Source: Monocercomonoides exilis PA203 (lineage: Eukaryota > Protista > Preaxostyla). From it: 64,000 nucleotides of DNA. How positions within the stretch are numbered: the first letter of the stretch is position 1; each line of letters begins with the position of its first letter. Under the pieces are notes generated by a model. That model did not search any database. It was not told the origin of the DNA and saw nothing but the letters and a program-made list of their open reading frames with translations. The stretch spans positions 1,178,001-1,242,000 of the forward strand of contig LSRY02000004.1 of the NCBI GenBank assembly GCA_001643675.2, given 5' to 3'. Below, piece by piece: positions 39,741 to 51,725 of the stretch. The translations under genes were made by a program, and so were the position numbers.

Positions 39741-41490
39741 TTGAAAACTCGTATGCACCTCAATCTCTGCCATCGTCTTCAACGAAGCCACTGTCAACCC
39801 CAGCGCCTCCAGCAGCTTCTCATTCATCAGCCGCTGCGGCCTCTTTCGATAGCTTGTATCGAATCTCAGCAAACTTCTTCTCGTCCTGCAGCCTTTGAAC
39901 TTCTTCTTTCTGTTCAGATTTGATTAGCTTCTTCTCGGCTTCTTCCTGCTATTGATTCTCATAGAGTTTCTTCTTCTCATACTTCCGCTTTGGCTATTCT
40001 TGAACCACCATTCTCTTTTGCTCGTCCCTCAGAATCTTCCCAATCGTAATGTTTTCTTCACATTCCTTTTCCAGCTCCAATCATCTCTGTTGCCATAACT
40101 CTTCAATCTCCAACTGCTTCTGCTTCGTTGTAATTGCTGCATCTCTCAACCTCTCTTGTTCTTTATCTCGCTGCACCTGAATCTCTCTTTCTCTCTCTTC
40201 CTTCCCAACTCCCTTATTCACTCGACACGCTGCGAGCTGACACAGTCTTTCGTTTTTTTTGAATTTTGTCCTTCTTTCGAATAATATGATTTCCACCTCT
40301 ATCGTTTTTGTTTTTCCTTTTTTCTTCTCATTGCAATCATTATCAATCATCCTTATTTGCATGAAATAATCTGTTGCCTTTCCTTTAGAACAATTCTTCC
40401 CCTCCATTTCCAAATTCCTCTTGTTAATTCTGTAGTGCTCATTCATTGCGATGCTCCAGATCTCCGCAAAGGACTCCTTCACTCTGATTCTTTCGCTCTC
40501 ATCCAGTTTCTCCTGCACCAACGCACGCAGATAAAAACCACCTCCTTCATGAAGAGCAAACTGCAGCTCCTCCGCTTCTGGCTGATGTGCAACAAGCTTT
40601 TGCTCTCTCGCGTCATTCTCACTCTTTTCGGTTCATTCTGGATTGCATACTGCCACAATCACTATATACGCATCGATGCCTCTTTTCACACAATGGCAAT
40701 TGTCCCCGGCATTCAAAGTTTCGTCCAATCGATGTTTGCATGTCAGCTGAAGGTGAAATAAAAGACGTTTGCAAAAAGATATGAACATCGTGTGGTGTGA
40801 AAGAAGTTACAACATTTGAAATTGTTGTGACGTGCGATGAAGCTTGAGAAAGCGAAGAGGCAGAAGCTGATGAAGCTGAGGATGCAAAAATACTGCTGTT
40901 TTGAGGTGAATTCATCTGAGAAGAAGGTTGTGTGTTTTGTCGAGTTGATTCTGTATTAGCTATCAGTTGCTGTTGCAGCTGATGATGAAACAATTGCATG
41001 TTTTGGAGTCGGTTTTGAAACTGAAAAAGCACATTTTGAAGTTGCAGCTTCAAAAAAGGCAAGAAATAGGAGCTGAACAAAGTGAAGTTCTGGGATGTGA
41101 TGGAGGTGTTGGAGGAGAAAGAAGAAAGAGAAAGATGAGGAAGAAGAAAAAGAGAAAGAAGAGAAAAAGAGTGAAGAAAACAAAGAAGGCGAATATGATA
41201 ACAGCCATAAAGAAAATATGTGCATATAACTTCATTTGTTGGAGAAGCGCAAATGACAACAATTTCAGCGAACACGATAAAAAATGCAGTGAAGATGATG
41301 AAAGCGATGAGTGGGAAGAAGAAGAAGAAGTTTTTTTGATCATTTATCTTCATGTTGTTTTCCTATTATTTCTTTTTGTTCTTCTTCAACTTTTTCTTTT
41401 CACCTTTTTTCTTTTCCCTTTTTTTCTCTCTTTTCATCTTTCTCCTCCTCTTCTTCTTCTTTATCTTCTTCTTCCTTTTTCATTTCCTCA
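39050..41490 (-). pseudogene. Degenerate cargo gene of hAT copy 2
   Basis: ORFs 40619-41353, 40081-40521 and 39090-39419 are homologous to the cargo frames of copy 1. Confidence 0.6.
39515..39740. repeat. Compound (CT)n/(CTAT)n microsatellite
   Basis: Directly visible. Copy 1 lacks the expansion at the equivalent position. Confidence 0.9.
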
Positions 41491-42696
41491 TATTTTTCTA
41501 TTTAAATGAAAAAATTTAAAACACATACAGGTTCAATGATTTTTGCAAATTATCACTTTTAATTTCCAATCAATATAAACCGCAAACAATTCTGTCAAAC
41601 TTCTAACATTGCTCATCATATTTAATAATAAAATTAATATACTTTGTCAAACCTTTTTCATGTGTAAACCGGCTATTTCCACAAATTTGAAGTTTGTTAA
41701 CGAAAGAAAAAATTAAATATTGTCATGGAATGCAATCAAATAATTTTTTAAATAATAACGTTAATAACATCAATATCTGAAAGCAGAAGCAGTGTTCAAC
41801 AAAATATGGTTTTGGACAATTCGCAATGAAGCGAATCTACGAACGCAAGGAGCAGGTTTGCTCCTCAATAATGAGTGTAAATATAATTTATGGGAGGTTT
41901 AAGATCCAACTTCTCCAATTCTTAAATTCAAGAAGATCTTTATTGTCCGCAATAATTAAGAAACAACAGCCTGTTTTGAAAAAATCCAGAGACGGCGATG
42001 GAGAAGTATTAGATCTATTTTTGAAACTGAAATAAGCGAAAATTTCTATTGAAGAATTTTCCTGGATCGGAGTGCGTAATACACCATTCGGAACAAAATA
42101 CTGCGTGCAGTTGATAAAATTGAAAGGAAAGCCGTACATTGTTAAGAGACAATATCAAAAACAGAAGCTACAATATATTGAAAGATTATTTTTGAAAATA
42201 TTGCAGCATTGTGCATCGAGATCATATTTCACAGTAGAAGCCACGATAATTTATCAGATACATAAACAAAAATGAAGATATGAATTTCAACAAACTTTTT
42301 CAATAGAACGAAACAACAAATATCGTGAGAATTTATTAGGAACAAGATCCGCGAAGTATCGCAAGATGCAGTTAAATTGAAAAAATAATAATAATAATAA
42401 ATTGCTTGATATTACTAGAATTAAAGAGGATAAATGCACACACTGCAGCGAGATTACTATTGAGGAAGGATTAAATAACTATAAAGAGATAATTATTTAT
42501 TATAAAGCTTCGATTTTCCATAAGATAGTTTCATAAATATAACTTTTCAAGTATTCGCGATATTGAGAAAGAAATATTTGAAATTGTTTCATTGTAAGAC
42601 AATACTTCAAGGATTGTTAAAACAACCGCGCTATACCGCGAGACAGAGAAAGAAGAGAGAGTAGAGAGAGAAGAGACAACAACGCATTGCAGCGAG

Positions 42697-43839
42697 ATGA
42701 ATGCACGACGAGCAACCGTAGCTCCGTGCGAGATGCGATCAGGGACGGAAATGCAGAAACAACAGGTGAATGTCAGAGGGACTCTGAACTCGTCAGACCA
42801 AAGAAAGGAGAGAGAACGAGAAATCACAGGGGACTCTGCGAGAGAGATATCGATAGAAGATGTGGGACACGAAACAACGAGAACAGAAGGAGACTCCGAA
42901 TATCCCCGAGTGACGGGACAGAAGAGCGAGAGGGAGAACGGGAAGATAGTTTGGAAAACTTTTGGGACTGTTATCGAGTCCCCAATTTGGAGCGCACTGG
43001 AAGTGAGCTCGAAGATAATTTTTGCAGATACACACACAACGGGAGATGAATACGCACAGATACAGTTTGGCCATAAGACGCTAGGAGTGAAGAGGAGTGC
43101 AGCGAGTGGACCACCAAAGGAGCCACTTCCAGGGAGACTGGTGAACAGGCTGAGCGAGTGGAAGAAGATTGGGGGGGACAAACTAGTGAGCCGTGGTATA
43201 AAAGCTCGGTGGAGAAGTCCCCAGTCCCCAATCTCACTGGAGGAGAGAAAACACAGACAAGAGTTTCGGGGAACAACGGAGATGATGAACAATTATTTAT
43301 CCCTCTTGGAGGAGGAATTGAAGGAAGGAGTGGTGAAACCCATTCATGAGTCGGAGGTGAAGTGGTTCAATCCGACATTCATGTTTCGAAAGAAGAACGG
43401 AAAGTGGAGAAAGATCCTGGGTTGCAGAGCTCTAAACGAGGAAGTGCAGGGAAAACATTTCAAGATGGATTCCCAGGAGACAGTGGTGGAACTCCTGGAG
43501 GAGAACGATTGGATGACCACTCTGGACATATCGAGTGCATGCCAAAATGTCAAAGTGAACGAGCAACTCATCCCCTATCTGTGCTTCAGCTTTCAAAGTC
43601 ATTGTTTCGCTAATGTTGGGATGCCATTTGGAGCGAAAGATGCGCCCAGAATATTTACAAAAATAATGAGACGGGCGACGTCATATATCAGAGAAAAGTG
43701 GAAAGTGAAGCAAGAAATTTATCTGGACGACATTCTCCTCATGCATCCAGATAGGGATACACTGAGATTAATCACACAAGAAATAGCCCAGTTCCTGAGG
43801 AATCTGGGCTGGATTCTGTCAGAGGAAAAACTGAAATAG
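42697..43839 (+). pseudogene. DIRS reverse transcriptase
   Basis: FNPTFMFRKKNGKWRKIL..LN, HFKMDS, WMTTLDISSA, GMPFGAKDAPRIFTKIM, IYLDDILL. Ends at a premature TAG. Confidence 0.9.
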
Positions 43840-43890
43840 GAGCCCATAAGGAGTGCGGAATTTCGGAGATGGCTTTGAAACTCGGAGAAG

Positions 43891-45075
43891 ATGGAATTGA
43901 CGCTCCAAGAGACGAAAAGAATGCTGCTGCTAGAAGAAGTGCGAATTTGGATAGCATATGCAAAGATGAGAAGGAGACAGAAAACAAGGGACTTAGCAGC
44001 ACTCCTTGGAAGGTTGAAGTTTTTGAGACGGCAACACCCACCAGCGAGTTTGTGGTTGAAGAGTATGCAATATGTGCTGAGGCAAGCGATAGCCCGCGGG
44101 GGCTGGAAGGGAACGGTAATAGCCAACCCAATGATACTGGGAGAATTAACACATTGGAGAAAGATCCTGCCAGAGAACAGACCGAGGTGTCTGAAGAGAA
44201 GGAGTAGTTCAGAAGAACTAACAACGGACGCGTCAGAGCTGGGATGGGGTGCAGTGTTAACAATACCGAGGGAGAACAAAGAGGAGAAGATATATGTCCA
44301 CGGAAGTTGGACCCTCCAGGAGAGCGTGCTTGCAATCAACGAGAAGGAGTCCAGAGCAGTGTTGAGGACTTTAGAGAAAAAGGGAGCATGGCTGCAACAA
44401 CAGAAGATAGATCATATTCGTTTGAGGACAGACAATATGTCCACGAGATGGACGATTCAGAAGAAGAGGGGAGCGCCATCGCTCATTCCAACACTGAGAG
44501 CTTTGGAGAAGAAACTGAACAGCCTGGACATTATGATACAAACGGAACATCTCCCTGGAGAACAGAACACGGAAGCAGATGCACTCAGCCGGATGGCGAA
44601 AAAGCCGAACAATGCACTGAGGGGGAAGAAAGTCGCAGAGATATTCCTAACAATCTCACTGAGAATACCAGATACAATTTTTGAACAGATTGCTCCGGTG
44701 CACTGTGGAAGTACTTGGAGACTATCCCCTCTGAGAAGGAAGAGAAAGAAAGAAACACAAGAAAACGAGATAGCGCTAGTCCACACGTTCCTGAGAAATA
44801 TTGGACGGGTGTTGAAAGAGAAGATGAACGATGCTCAGAGGAATCTGACGATTCTGATTCTGCCAGCCTGGCGGGGGCAGACCTGGACCCCGCTGCTGCA
44901 GCCTGGGAATTCGATAAGAACCCTGGGGACCTTTCAGGAGTGCATGATACCGGGAGCGAAGATGAGAAGGGAAGGCTGGAAGCTTCCCCCAGGAGAGGTG
45001 ATATGCGTTATACTGGTGAGGAAAATATCCCAGGAAGGGACCTCTTTTTCACATGGGGAGAATACGTTGGAGTGA
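43891..45075 (+). pseudogene. DIRS RNase H plus methyltransferase-like remnant
   Basis: TTDASELGWG, INEKESRAV, LRTDN, HLPGEQNTEADALSR; downstream ILILPAWRGQTW. Same frame as the RT. Confidence 0.85.
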
Positions 45076-46000
45076 AGGATATATCAGCAGCAAGGGAAAC
45101 GTAGAGAGCACTGCGAAAATATAAACAATTTTTGGATAGAGAAAGAATAGATGAAAAAGACCCCCTCATCGTGAAATATGCCAAGTGAATTATGGCAGAA
45201 TTTATTGAGAACCAATCGAATACGAATCATTCAAATGGAGAGATTAACAAAGCTGAACGAAAAGAATTTGAGGCTATTTACCTTTTCTGAGAAATTAAGA
45301 CGAATGGGAAAGATATTGATTCATCTCCTTTAACTCTCGTTAGAGATAAGCCGAGAAGTGGAAAACAATACAAATCAATGTGGGTTTTAACAGCTATTGC
45401 AAAATGGGGAGAAGCCACGTACAACGCAAACGATACGCAAACACTCCAGAGGAGAGCCCCCATTCTCACCATGATTTTTGGAGAGTTAGGCCTGTAGAGC
45501 TGGAAAGAATGAGAAAGGAGTGTTCTATTTTGAAAGAAGATACGATATTAATAGAAGTGCAGATAAAGATAACATTAAGGAAGACTATAAAAATCGATAT
45601 TAACAAACATTCAAACACACTCAAAGATGCAGAAATCAATCTGCGATTTTGCAAAGAATAGAAGAAGAGTTAGTGGCTATCCTGAGAGAGAAGGAAACAC
45701 ACGACACTTTGACAGTGTTCTCGATTCGAAATAAAGTTACAATACACATATCAAGACGATAAGGAACGGATTGGAAAGCGAGCAACACGCACGCAAGAGG
45801 GGAGCCAGGATCAAGAGTGGACCAATAAATTTAAGACATTTAACCTGCTCAAGAGATGCAATGGATCCGGTTGACGATCGACTTCCAAGAACCCCCTCAT
45901 GGAGATGAAGAAAAGTTGGATATAAATAGAGAAAGGAAGGATATGAGAATTGAGATAGCAAATTCAGAGATGAAAAATTGCACTGAAAATATATCAGATG
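45040..46000 (+). pseudogene. Decayed tyrosine recombinase ORF of the DIRS element
   Basis: Expected position after RNase H; fragments KPRSGKQYKSMW and RVRPVELERM. Many stops. Confidence 0.45.
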
Positions 46001-46430
46001 CTGGGGGAGAAGAAGATAGGAGTAAATGAATAAAGTTAAAGAGACTAGGCTTACCGAGTTGGGAAGAGAGAAAGCAAAGAGAAATAACTCAATCACAACA
46101 CAACTTATCCCGACCACACAAGCGTGGGAGAGCACCCCTTATAATTCCCAGCAGCTCAATCGAGCTGACTGGAAGCAAACACACTGCCTCACAGAGATAG
46201 AAGGCCACAGATTGGATGAAGCAGGGTGTGAGAGATCTAGGTTGGATGATGAAGAACTCAGACGAATCGAATTACCGGCTAGGAAGGACTCAGACGCACC
46301 TTGAGAAAGAAAGGGAGTGGATCCAGGGGCTGCACCTTCATCCGCAGGCTCTCCAAACATCCGCCGCACGATGGCGTGCTAGGCAGGAGGGTTTAAGATC
46401 AGAGGAGAAAAAAGAGTATGGGATTTCAGA

Positions 46431-46527
46431 ACTCATTATAGAGGAGCAAACCTGCTCCTTGTGTTCGTTGATTCGCTCTATTGCGAATTGATAGAACGCA
46501 GTGAGACAGGATTTGCTCCGAAATAAT
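46431..46527. repeat. DIRS internal complementary region (ICR)
   Basis: The first half is complementary to the element's 5' end (41817-41877), the second half to its 3' end (47388-47427), joined at TTG 46488-46490. Confidence 0.88.
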
Positions 46528-47049
46528 ACGAACGCGGAAGGATAGACTCAAAGCGGCTGGGTGCGAAAGAGAGAAACATATTTGGAGGAATATGACGAGA
46601 AAAAGGGAGAGATATAAAAGGATAGAGGAAAAGATCAACCGTCCGAAGTCACAAGAGTGCACCTAGAACCTGTTTAGAGAAACATGCAACGAAGATTGAG
46701 TTTCAAGCATGATCCTACTCCTTTATAACATTATTATGGCTTTCACAGAGAAGAATAAAATTTAAAATATGCAGTGTGTGATGTTTTGCGGTTGCTCTGC
46801 TGGATTAGCAGAAGAGCGGGAGGCAGAGCATATCACATGCAGTTTTCTTTTCCACGCCTCGCGAAAGCAAGAGTGGTTTTTCTTTCTGCTCCAAGAATAC
46901 TCGCCTCACCGGATCCCTGCACAGCCTGCAGGTGAGAGCTCCGAGGGGCAATGTCCCCTGCCCTCTGGTCTTCGTGACCAATGCAAAAAGGCGAAGTCGG
47001 CGGTGAAGTGAAGCGGACAATTCATTGAACACTATTTATTATTTAACAT

Positions 47050-47289
47050 GGGTAATTATTTTTGAAAAGTCGCAAATGTTTAATTTTCAAATAAATCAAA
47101 AATTTCATATCTTGATCAAATTTCAGTTCCCGCTAATGTAACTTCATCAAAGTGGAAGATATAATTTGACAATGCTATTTGACACATTCATGTGAAGTTG
47201 CATGAGCGGGAACCGAAATTTGATCAAGATATGAAATTTTTGATTTCTTTGAAAATTAAACATTTGCGACTTTTCAAAAATAATTACCC
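47050..47289. mobile_element. 240-bp hairpin MITE with GGG termini and 4-bp TSD
   Basis: About 100-bp near-perfect TIRs starting GGGTAATTATTTTTGAAAAGTCGC, flanked on both sides by ACAT. Confidence 0.88.
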
Positions 47290-49007
47290 ACATGTTATTG
47301 TCTATATTTTCATCTCGCCCTTTTTTCCACTTCTTATTTAGGAGGGCGAAGTTCTCACCTTAACCGCCCATAAATTATATTAACACTCATTATATCGGAG
47401 CAAACCTGTCTCACTGTGTTCTATCAACAAAAAAATAACATCAGATAGATCAACACTCTGTTTCTTTTCATTTCTTAATTTTCCAAGTGTGAAATGATAT
47501 CATTAAAAAAATAGTGACATAAATCTATTTCTGAAAAGAATAAATATTTTCAAAAAAGAATGCCCGTTCGAAAAATCGATCTATTCGACCGACTGATCTT
47601 TCGAAAGACTGATCTTTGTCGTTCGACTGATCTCTGCAACGATCCATCGATAGCCCATTGAAATTTCAAAAAATCAATAAATAAAATATATATTTGTTCG
47701 AATCGTGCGAAAATTAAACAAATAAATAAAAAAATGATAAAATCAAGATAAAGTTTTTCTATTTTAATTCATTGTTTTTTCGTATATCAAAAAATAAAAT
47801 ACAAGCTGATTGTCTTGTAGGTCGACTTGTCGAGCAATAAGAAAAATGTCGGTCTGTCACAAAGGTTAACTTTTCAATGTTTATTTAACAATTTTATGAT
47901 AGTGAAAAAAAAAATTTATTTTTTGCTTCAATTTTTGTTTTTGATGAAGATCAAAGGATTTTAAATTTATTTTTGATCATTTGCTTTGCTTGTTTTTAAC
48001 CAACTCTCTTTCTTTGTTTATTTTTAATTACAAGCCCATGAAACATACATAAAGAAGTTTTATTATTCGAAATGCTTTATGTTTTTATCAATTTTTTCAA
48101 ATGTTTTTGACATTTCATCATTTTTGACAAAAAAAATGAAAAAATGAAATTTTTGAGCTGCACAATAATTTTTACATATTAAAAATGATGTGCGTGAAAA
48201 GAAAAAGATTTGTATAAAGTATTTACCGTGTCAAAATTTTGTGAAATGTTGTTGCTTTCATTACACAAATCAATTTTTGAAAATAATAAAAATGCTTTTT
48301 TTATTTTCAATTTAATTTAAAATGACATATAATGAAGAATATCAATGAATTATAATCATATTTATATTATGCAGTGACAAATAATTCTTTATGTCAAAAA
48401 AAAAGCTCAAAAATTTCATTTTTTCATTTTTTTTGTCAAAAATGATGAAATGTCAAAAACATTTGAAAAAATTGATAAAAACATAAAGCATTTCGAATAA
48501 TAAAACTTCTTTATGTATGTTTCATGGGCTTGTAATTAAAAATAAACAAAGAAAGAGAGTTGGTTAAAAACAAGCAAAGCAAATGATCAAAAATAAATTT
48601 AAAATCCTTTGATCTTCATCAAAAACAAAAATTGAAGCAAAAAATAAATTTTTTTTTTTTTTTCACTATCATAGAATTGAAAAATAAACATTAAAAAGCT
48701 TGTTTTTTATATTTTTATGTTGTATTCATTCTATTTCAAAAAACAAAAAAAAACCGTGTTTATGAAACATTCGGGTTAATAAATCACCCTAATATTTTTG
48801 TTTTGAAAAAAAATCAGAAATCAAGATGCCACGCTGGTAATATTAATGTGATCACTTTATGCTCATTTTTCTATTCATTTAAAGATAAATTGAACATTTC
48901 AAATATAACATCATTTTTGATCGAATGCATAATATATACTGAAAATACCATTTTCCAACAATTTGTATTTTCCCCACTTCTATTACAGATAGAATACCTT
49001 AATTGAA

Positions 49008-51725
49008 ATGTTTAGTGGCAAAAATGGTTATGCAAATTTACAGTATATTTTAAAGAGTCGTGCATTGGATAAGGACGCGAATGGAAGAACAGAAGCAATG
49101 CGATGTATTATTGAGCAAAAAAAAGAGCCGCAGAAATGGATGAGACATGACAATGAAATTGCTGACAAAGAAGGACGGACAATGGCAATGCACTGGATTG
49201 CAATCATCAAAACAGATCCTCCACTATGGATGATAATGGATAACTCACAAGATAACAAGGATGGAAGGACACTAGCAATGAAGTGGATTTCGGAGAAAAA
49301 GACAGAGCCGCCTGCTTGGATGAGACATGACCCTGCACTTACTAATAAGAACGGAGAAACAATGGCGATGAAGTGGATAAGGTTTGTTCAGACAGATCCA
49401 CCATTATGGATGAGACACAATGTTTCATTTAAAGATAATTTGTTTCAATGGACGATGGCAATGTGGTGGATTTCATACGTTAAAACAGAACCGTCCGTGT
49501 GGATGAGACATGATATAACTCTTGGTGATAATATTGGCATGACAATGGCCATGCTGTGGATAAGAAATATCAAGACAGAACCTCCAGCATGGATGAGGCA
49601 TAGAAACGAACTTACTGATTATTGTGGGAAGACTATGGGTATGCATTGGATTGCAGATGTCTATTTAAAACCTCCATTGTGGATGTTAATGGATAACGCG
49701 CTAGGCAACAAGGATGAGAGGACGCTAGCGATGAAGTGGATTTCGGAGAAAAAGACAGAACCGCCTGCTTGGATGAGACATGACCCTGCACTTGCTGATA
49801 AGGTTGGAAAAACGATGGCGATGCTATGGATTTCTACCATCAAAACTGAACCTCCAGTCTGGATGAGGCACAACAATACACTTGGTGACAAGGAAGGGAG
49901 GACAATGGCCATGCTATGGATAGCGAATGTTGGGACAGAACCACCAGAATGGATGAGATATGAATCTGCACTTGGCAACGGAAAATACGGAACAATGGCC
50001 ATGCAATGGATTTGTTTTGTTCATACAGAACCTCCAACATGGATGAGACACAATATTACACTTGGAAACAACAACGGAGAAACAATGGCTATGTATTGGA
50101 TTATTATCATTAAATCTGAACCTCCAGCATGGATGAGGCACAACAATGAACTTGGCAATAAGGAAGGGAAAACTATGGCGATGCTGTGGATAGAGAATGT
50201 TCGAACAAAACCTCCATTGTGGATGTTAATGGATAACGCGGAAGACAACAAGGATAAGAGGACGCTAGCGATGAAGTGGATTTCGGAGAAAAAGACAGAG
50301 CCGCCTGAGTGGATGAGGCATGACATCACTCTTGGAGATAAGAACGGAGAGACAATGGCAATGTATTGGATCAAAGAAAAAAAAGCAGAACCACCTATGT
50401 GGATGAGACACGAAAATACATTTGCAGATAAGGAAGGACGGACAATGGCAATGAAGTGGATTTCAGAGATTAAAACAGAACCACCTGGGTGGATGAGGCA
50501 CATAATTACATTAGCAGATGACAAAGGAATGACAATGACCATGGTGTGGATAAAGGAGACCAAAATGGAACCACCAGAGTGGATGAGGCATAATATCACG
50601 ATTAAACAAAAAGATGGACAAACAATGTCCATGATGTGGATTCAATTTGTCAAGGCAGCTCCACCAGAATGGATGAGGCACGATATTACACTTAAAGATA
50701 TGAATGGAATGACAATGGCCATGCATTGGATTAATTCGAAAGAAAATACTCCTCCTGAATGGATGAGACACGATCCTGCACTTGCGAACAATGATGGCTG
50801 GACGATGGGGATGCTGTGGATAGAAAAAGTCAAAACGGATGTTCTGAGATGGATGAGGCATGACATCACTCTGCGCAACAAGGATGGGTGGACGATGGCG
50901 ATGATCTGGATTAAAAATGTGAAAACGAAACCACCAGAATGGATGAGGCATGATCCCGCACTTGCAAACAATGACGGATGGACAATGGATATGCTGTGGA
51001 TAAAGCACATCAAAACAGACCCTCCAGAGTGGATGAAGGTAGACAATGCGCCTCGGGACAAAGAAAAGAGAAGAGAGGGAACGAACTGTGAAAATGAGAG
51101 AAATAATGAAAGTTTTGAGGGAGGAATGGACGAAGCGAAAGTTACTGATGAGAATGAAAAAATAGAAGCTATGCACTGGATAGTTGAGAAAAAAGCAGAG
51201 CCGCCAGAGAAAGTGAAGCATGATACGATAGTTGGGGATGAGGAAGGAAGAACAATGGCGATGCTGTGGATAGAGAACGTGAAAACAGAGCCCCCAATTG
51301 AAATAAGACATAATATTACTCTTGGCGATAAAAATGGGTGTACAATGGCGATGCATTGGATTCAATATGTGCAAAAAGATACTCCGAAATGGATGAGGCA
51401 TGACAACGAACTTACAGATATTCTTGGACGAACAATGGCAATGAAGTGGATTCAATTTACTGAAACTGAACCACCAGAATGGATGAGGCACAACAATGAA
51501 TTTAAAGATAAGGATGGAAAAACAATGGCAGATTATTGGAAAATATATGTTAGAAGTGAAGTGCCAGAGTGGATGAAGTGTGATGAATCGGTTACCTCTG
51601 ATAAAATTGACAATGGAGCCGAAGATGAAGAAATGATGGAGATAATGAATTTGATCAAAGAAATATTACAGAAGCATCAGAACAGAACAGGAAAGAAAAT
51701 ACACTTGACAATGAAGTTGGAATAG
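49008..51725 (+). CDS. Intronless 905-aa Trp/Met-rich tandem repeat protein (35-aa unit, ankyrin-like spacing)
   Basis: More than 20 copies of PPxWMRHDxxLxDKxGxTMAMxWIxxxKTE in an uninterrupted ORF. Confidence 0.85.
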   Translation: MFSGKNGYANLQYILKSRALDKDANGRTEAMRCIIEQKKEPQKWMRHDNEIADKEGRTMAMHWIAIIKTDPPLWMIMDNSQDNKDGRTLAMKWISEKKTEPPAWMRHDPALTNKNGETMAMKWIRFVQTDPPLWMRHNVSFKDNLFQWTMAMWWISYVKTEPSVWMRHDITLGDNIGMTMAMLWIRNIKTEPPAWMRHRNELTDYCGKTMGMHWIADVYLKPPLWMLMDNALGNKDERTLAMKWISEKKTEPPAWMRHDPALADKVGKTMAMLWISTIKTEPPVWMRHNNTLGDKEGRTMAMLWIANVGTEPPEWMRYESALGNGKYGTMAMQWICFVHTEPPTWMRHNITLGNNNGETMAMYWIIIIKSEPPAWMRHNNELGNKEGKTMAMLWIENVRTKPPLWMLMDNAEDNKDKRTLAMKWISEKKTEPPEWMRHDITLGDKNGETMAMYWIKEKKAEPPMWMRHENTFADKEGRTMAMKWISEIKTEPPGWMRHIITLADDKGMTMTMVWIKETKMEPPEWMRHNITIKQKDGQTMSMMWIQFVKAAPPEWMRHDITLKDMNGMTMAMHWINSKENTPPEWMRHDPALANNDGWTMGMLWIEKVKTDVLRWMRHDITLRNKDGWTMAMIWIKNVKTKPPEWMRHDPALANNDGWTMDMLWIKHIKTDPPEWMKVDNAPRDKEKRREGTNCENERNNESFEGGMDEAKVTDENEKIEAMHWIVEKKAEPPEKVKHDTIVGDEEGRTMAMLWIENVKTEPPIEIRHNITLGDKNGCTMAMHWIQYVQKDTPKWMRHDNELTDILGRTMAMKWIQFTETEPPEWMRHNNEFKDKDGKTMADYWKIYVRSEVPEWMKCDESVTSDKIDNGAEDEEMMEIMNLIKEILQKHQNRTGKKIHLTMKLE

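Larger units (their letters stand above)
41817..47427 (+). mobile_element. DIRS-type tyrosine-recombinase retrotransposon (degenerate but full-length)
   Basis: Inverted terminal repeats (~41850-41935 vs ~47328-47410), an internal complementary region at 46431-46527, CAA at both ends, RT and RNase H ORFs and a decayed recombinase region. Absent from hAT copy 1 at the homologous site (GGTTTTGGACAA). Confidence 0.88.
38465..47869. mobile_element. Non-autonomous hAT-like element, copy 2 (interrupted by DIRS)
   Basis: Ends TAGGTCTTTGTGACA and TGTCACAAAGGTTAA, TSD CTTTTAAA/CTTTTCAA (7/8). Colinear with 10125-13904, including cargo and subterminal repeats. Confidence 0.85.
38360..48791. mobile_element. 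Foldback MITE (~1 kb, ~390-bp arms) split by a hAT insertion
   Basis: Left arm = 38360-38464 plus 47870-48159; right arm = 48404-48791. Termini TAGGGTGATTTAT...ATAAATCACCCTA. Spacer about 245 bp. TSD ambiguous (TA or AAT). Confidence 0.8.

Noticed and set aside
49028-51491. Several antisense ORFs over the repeat protein and over the DIRS pol region
   Set aside because: They are shadow frames of repetitive or purine-biased coding sequence.
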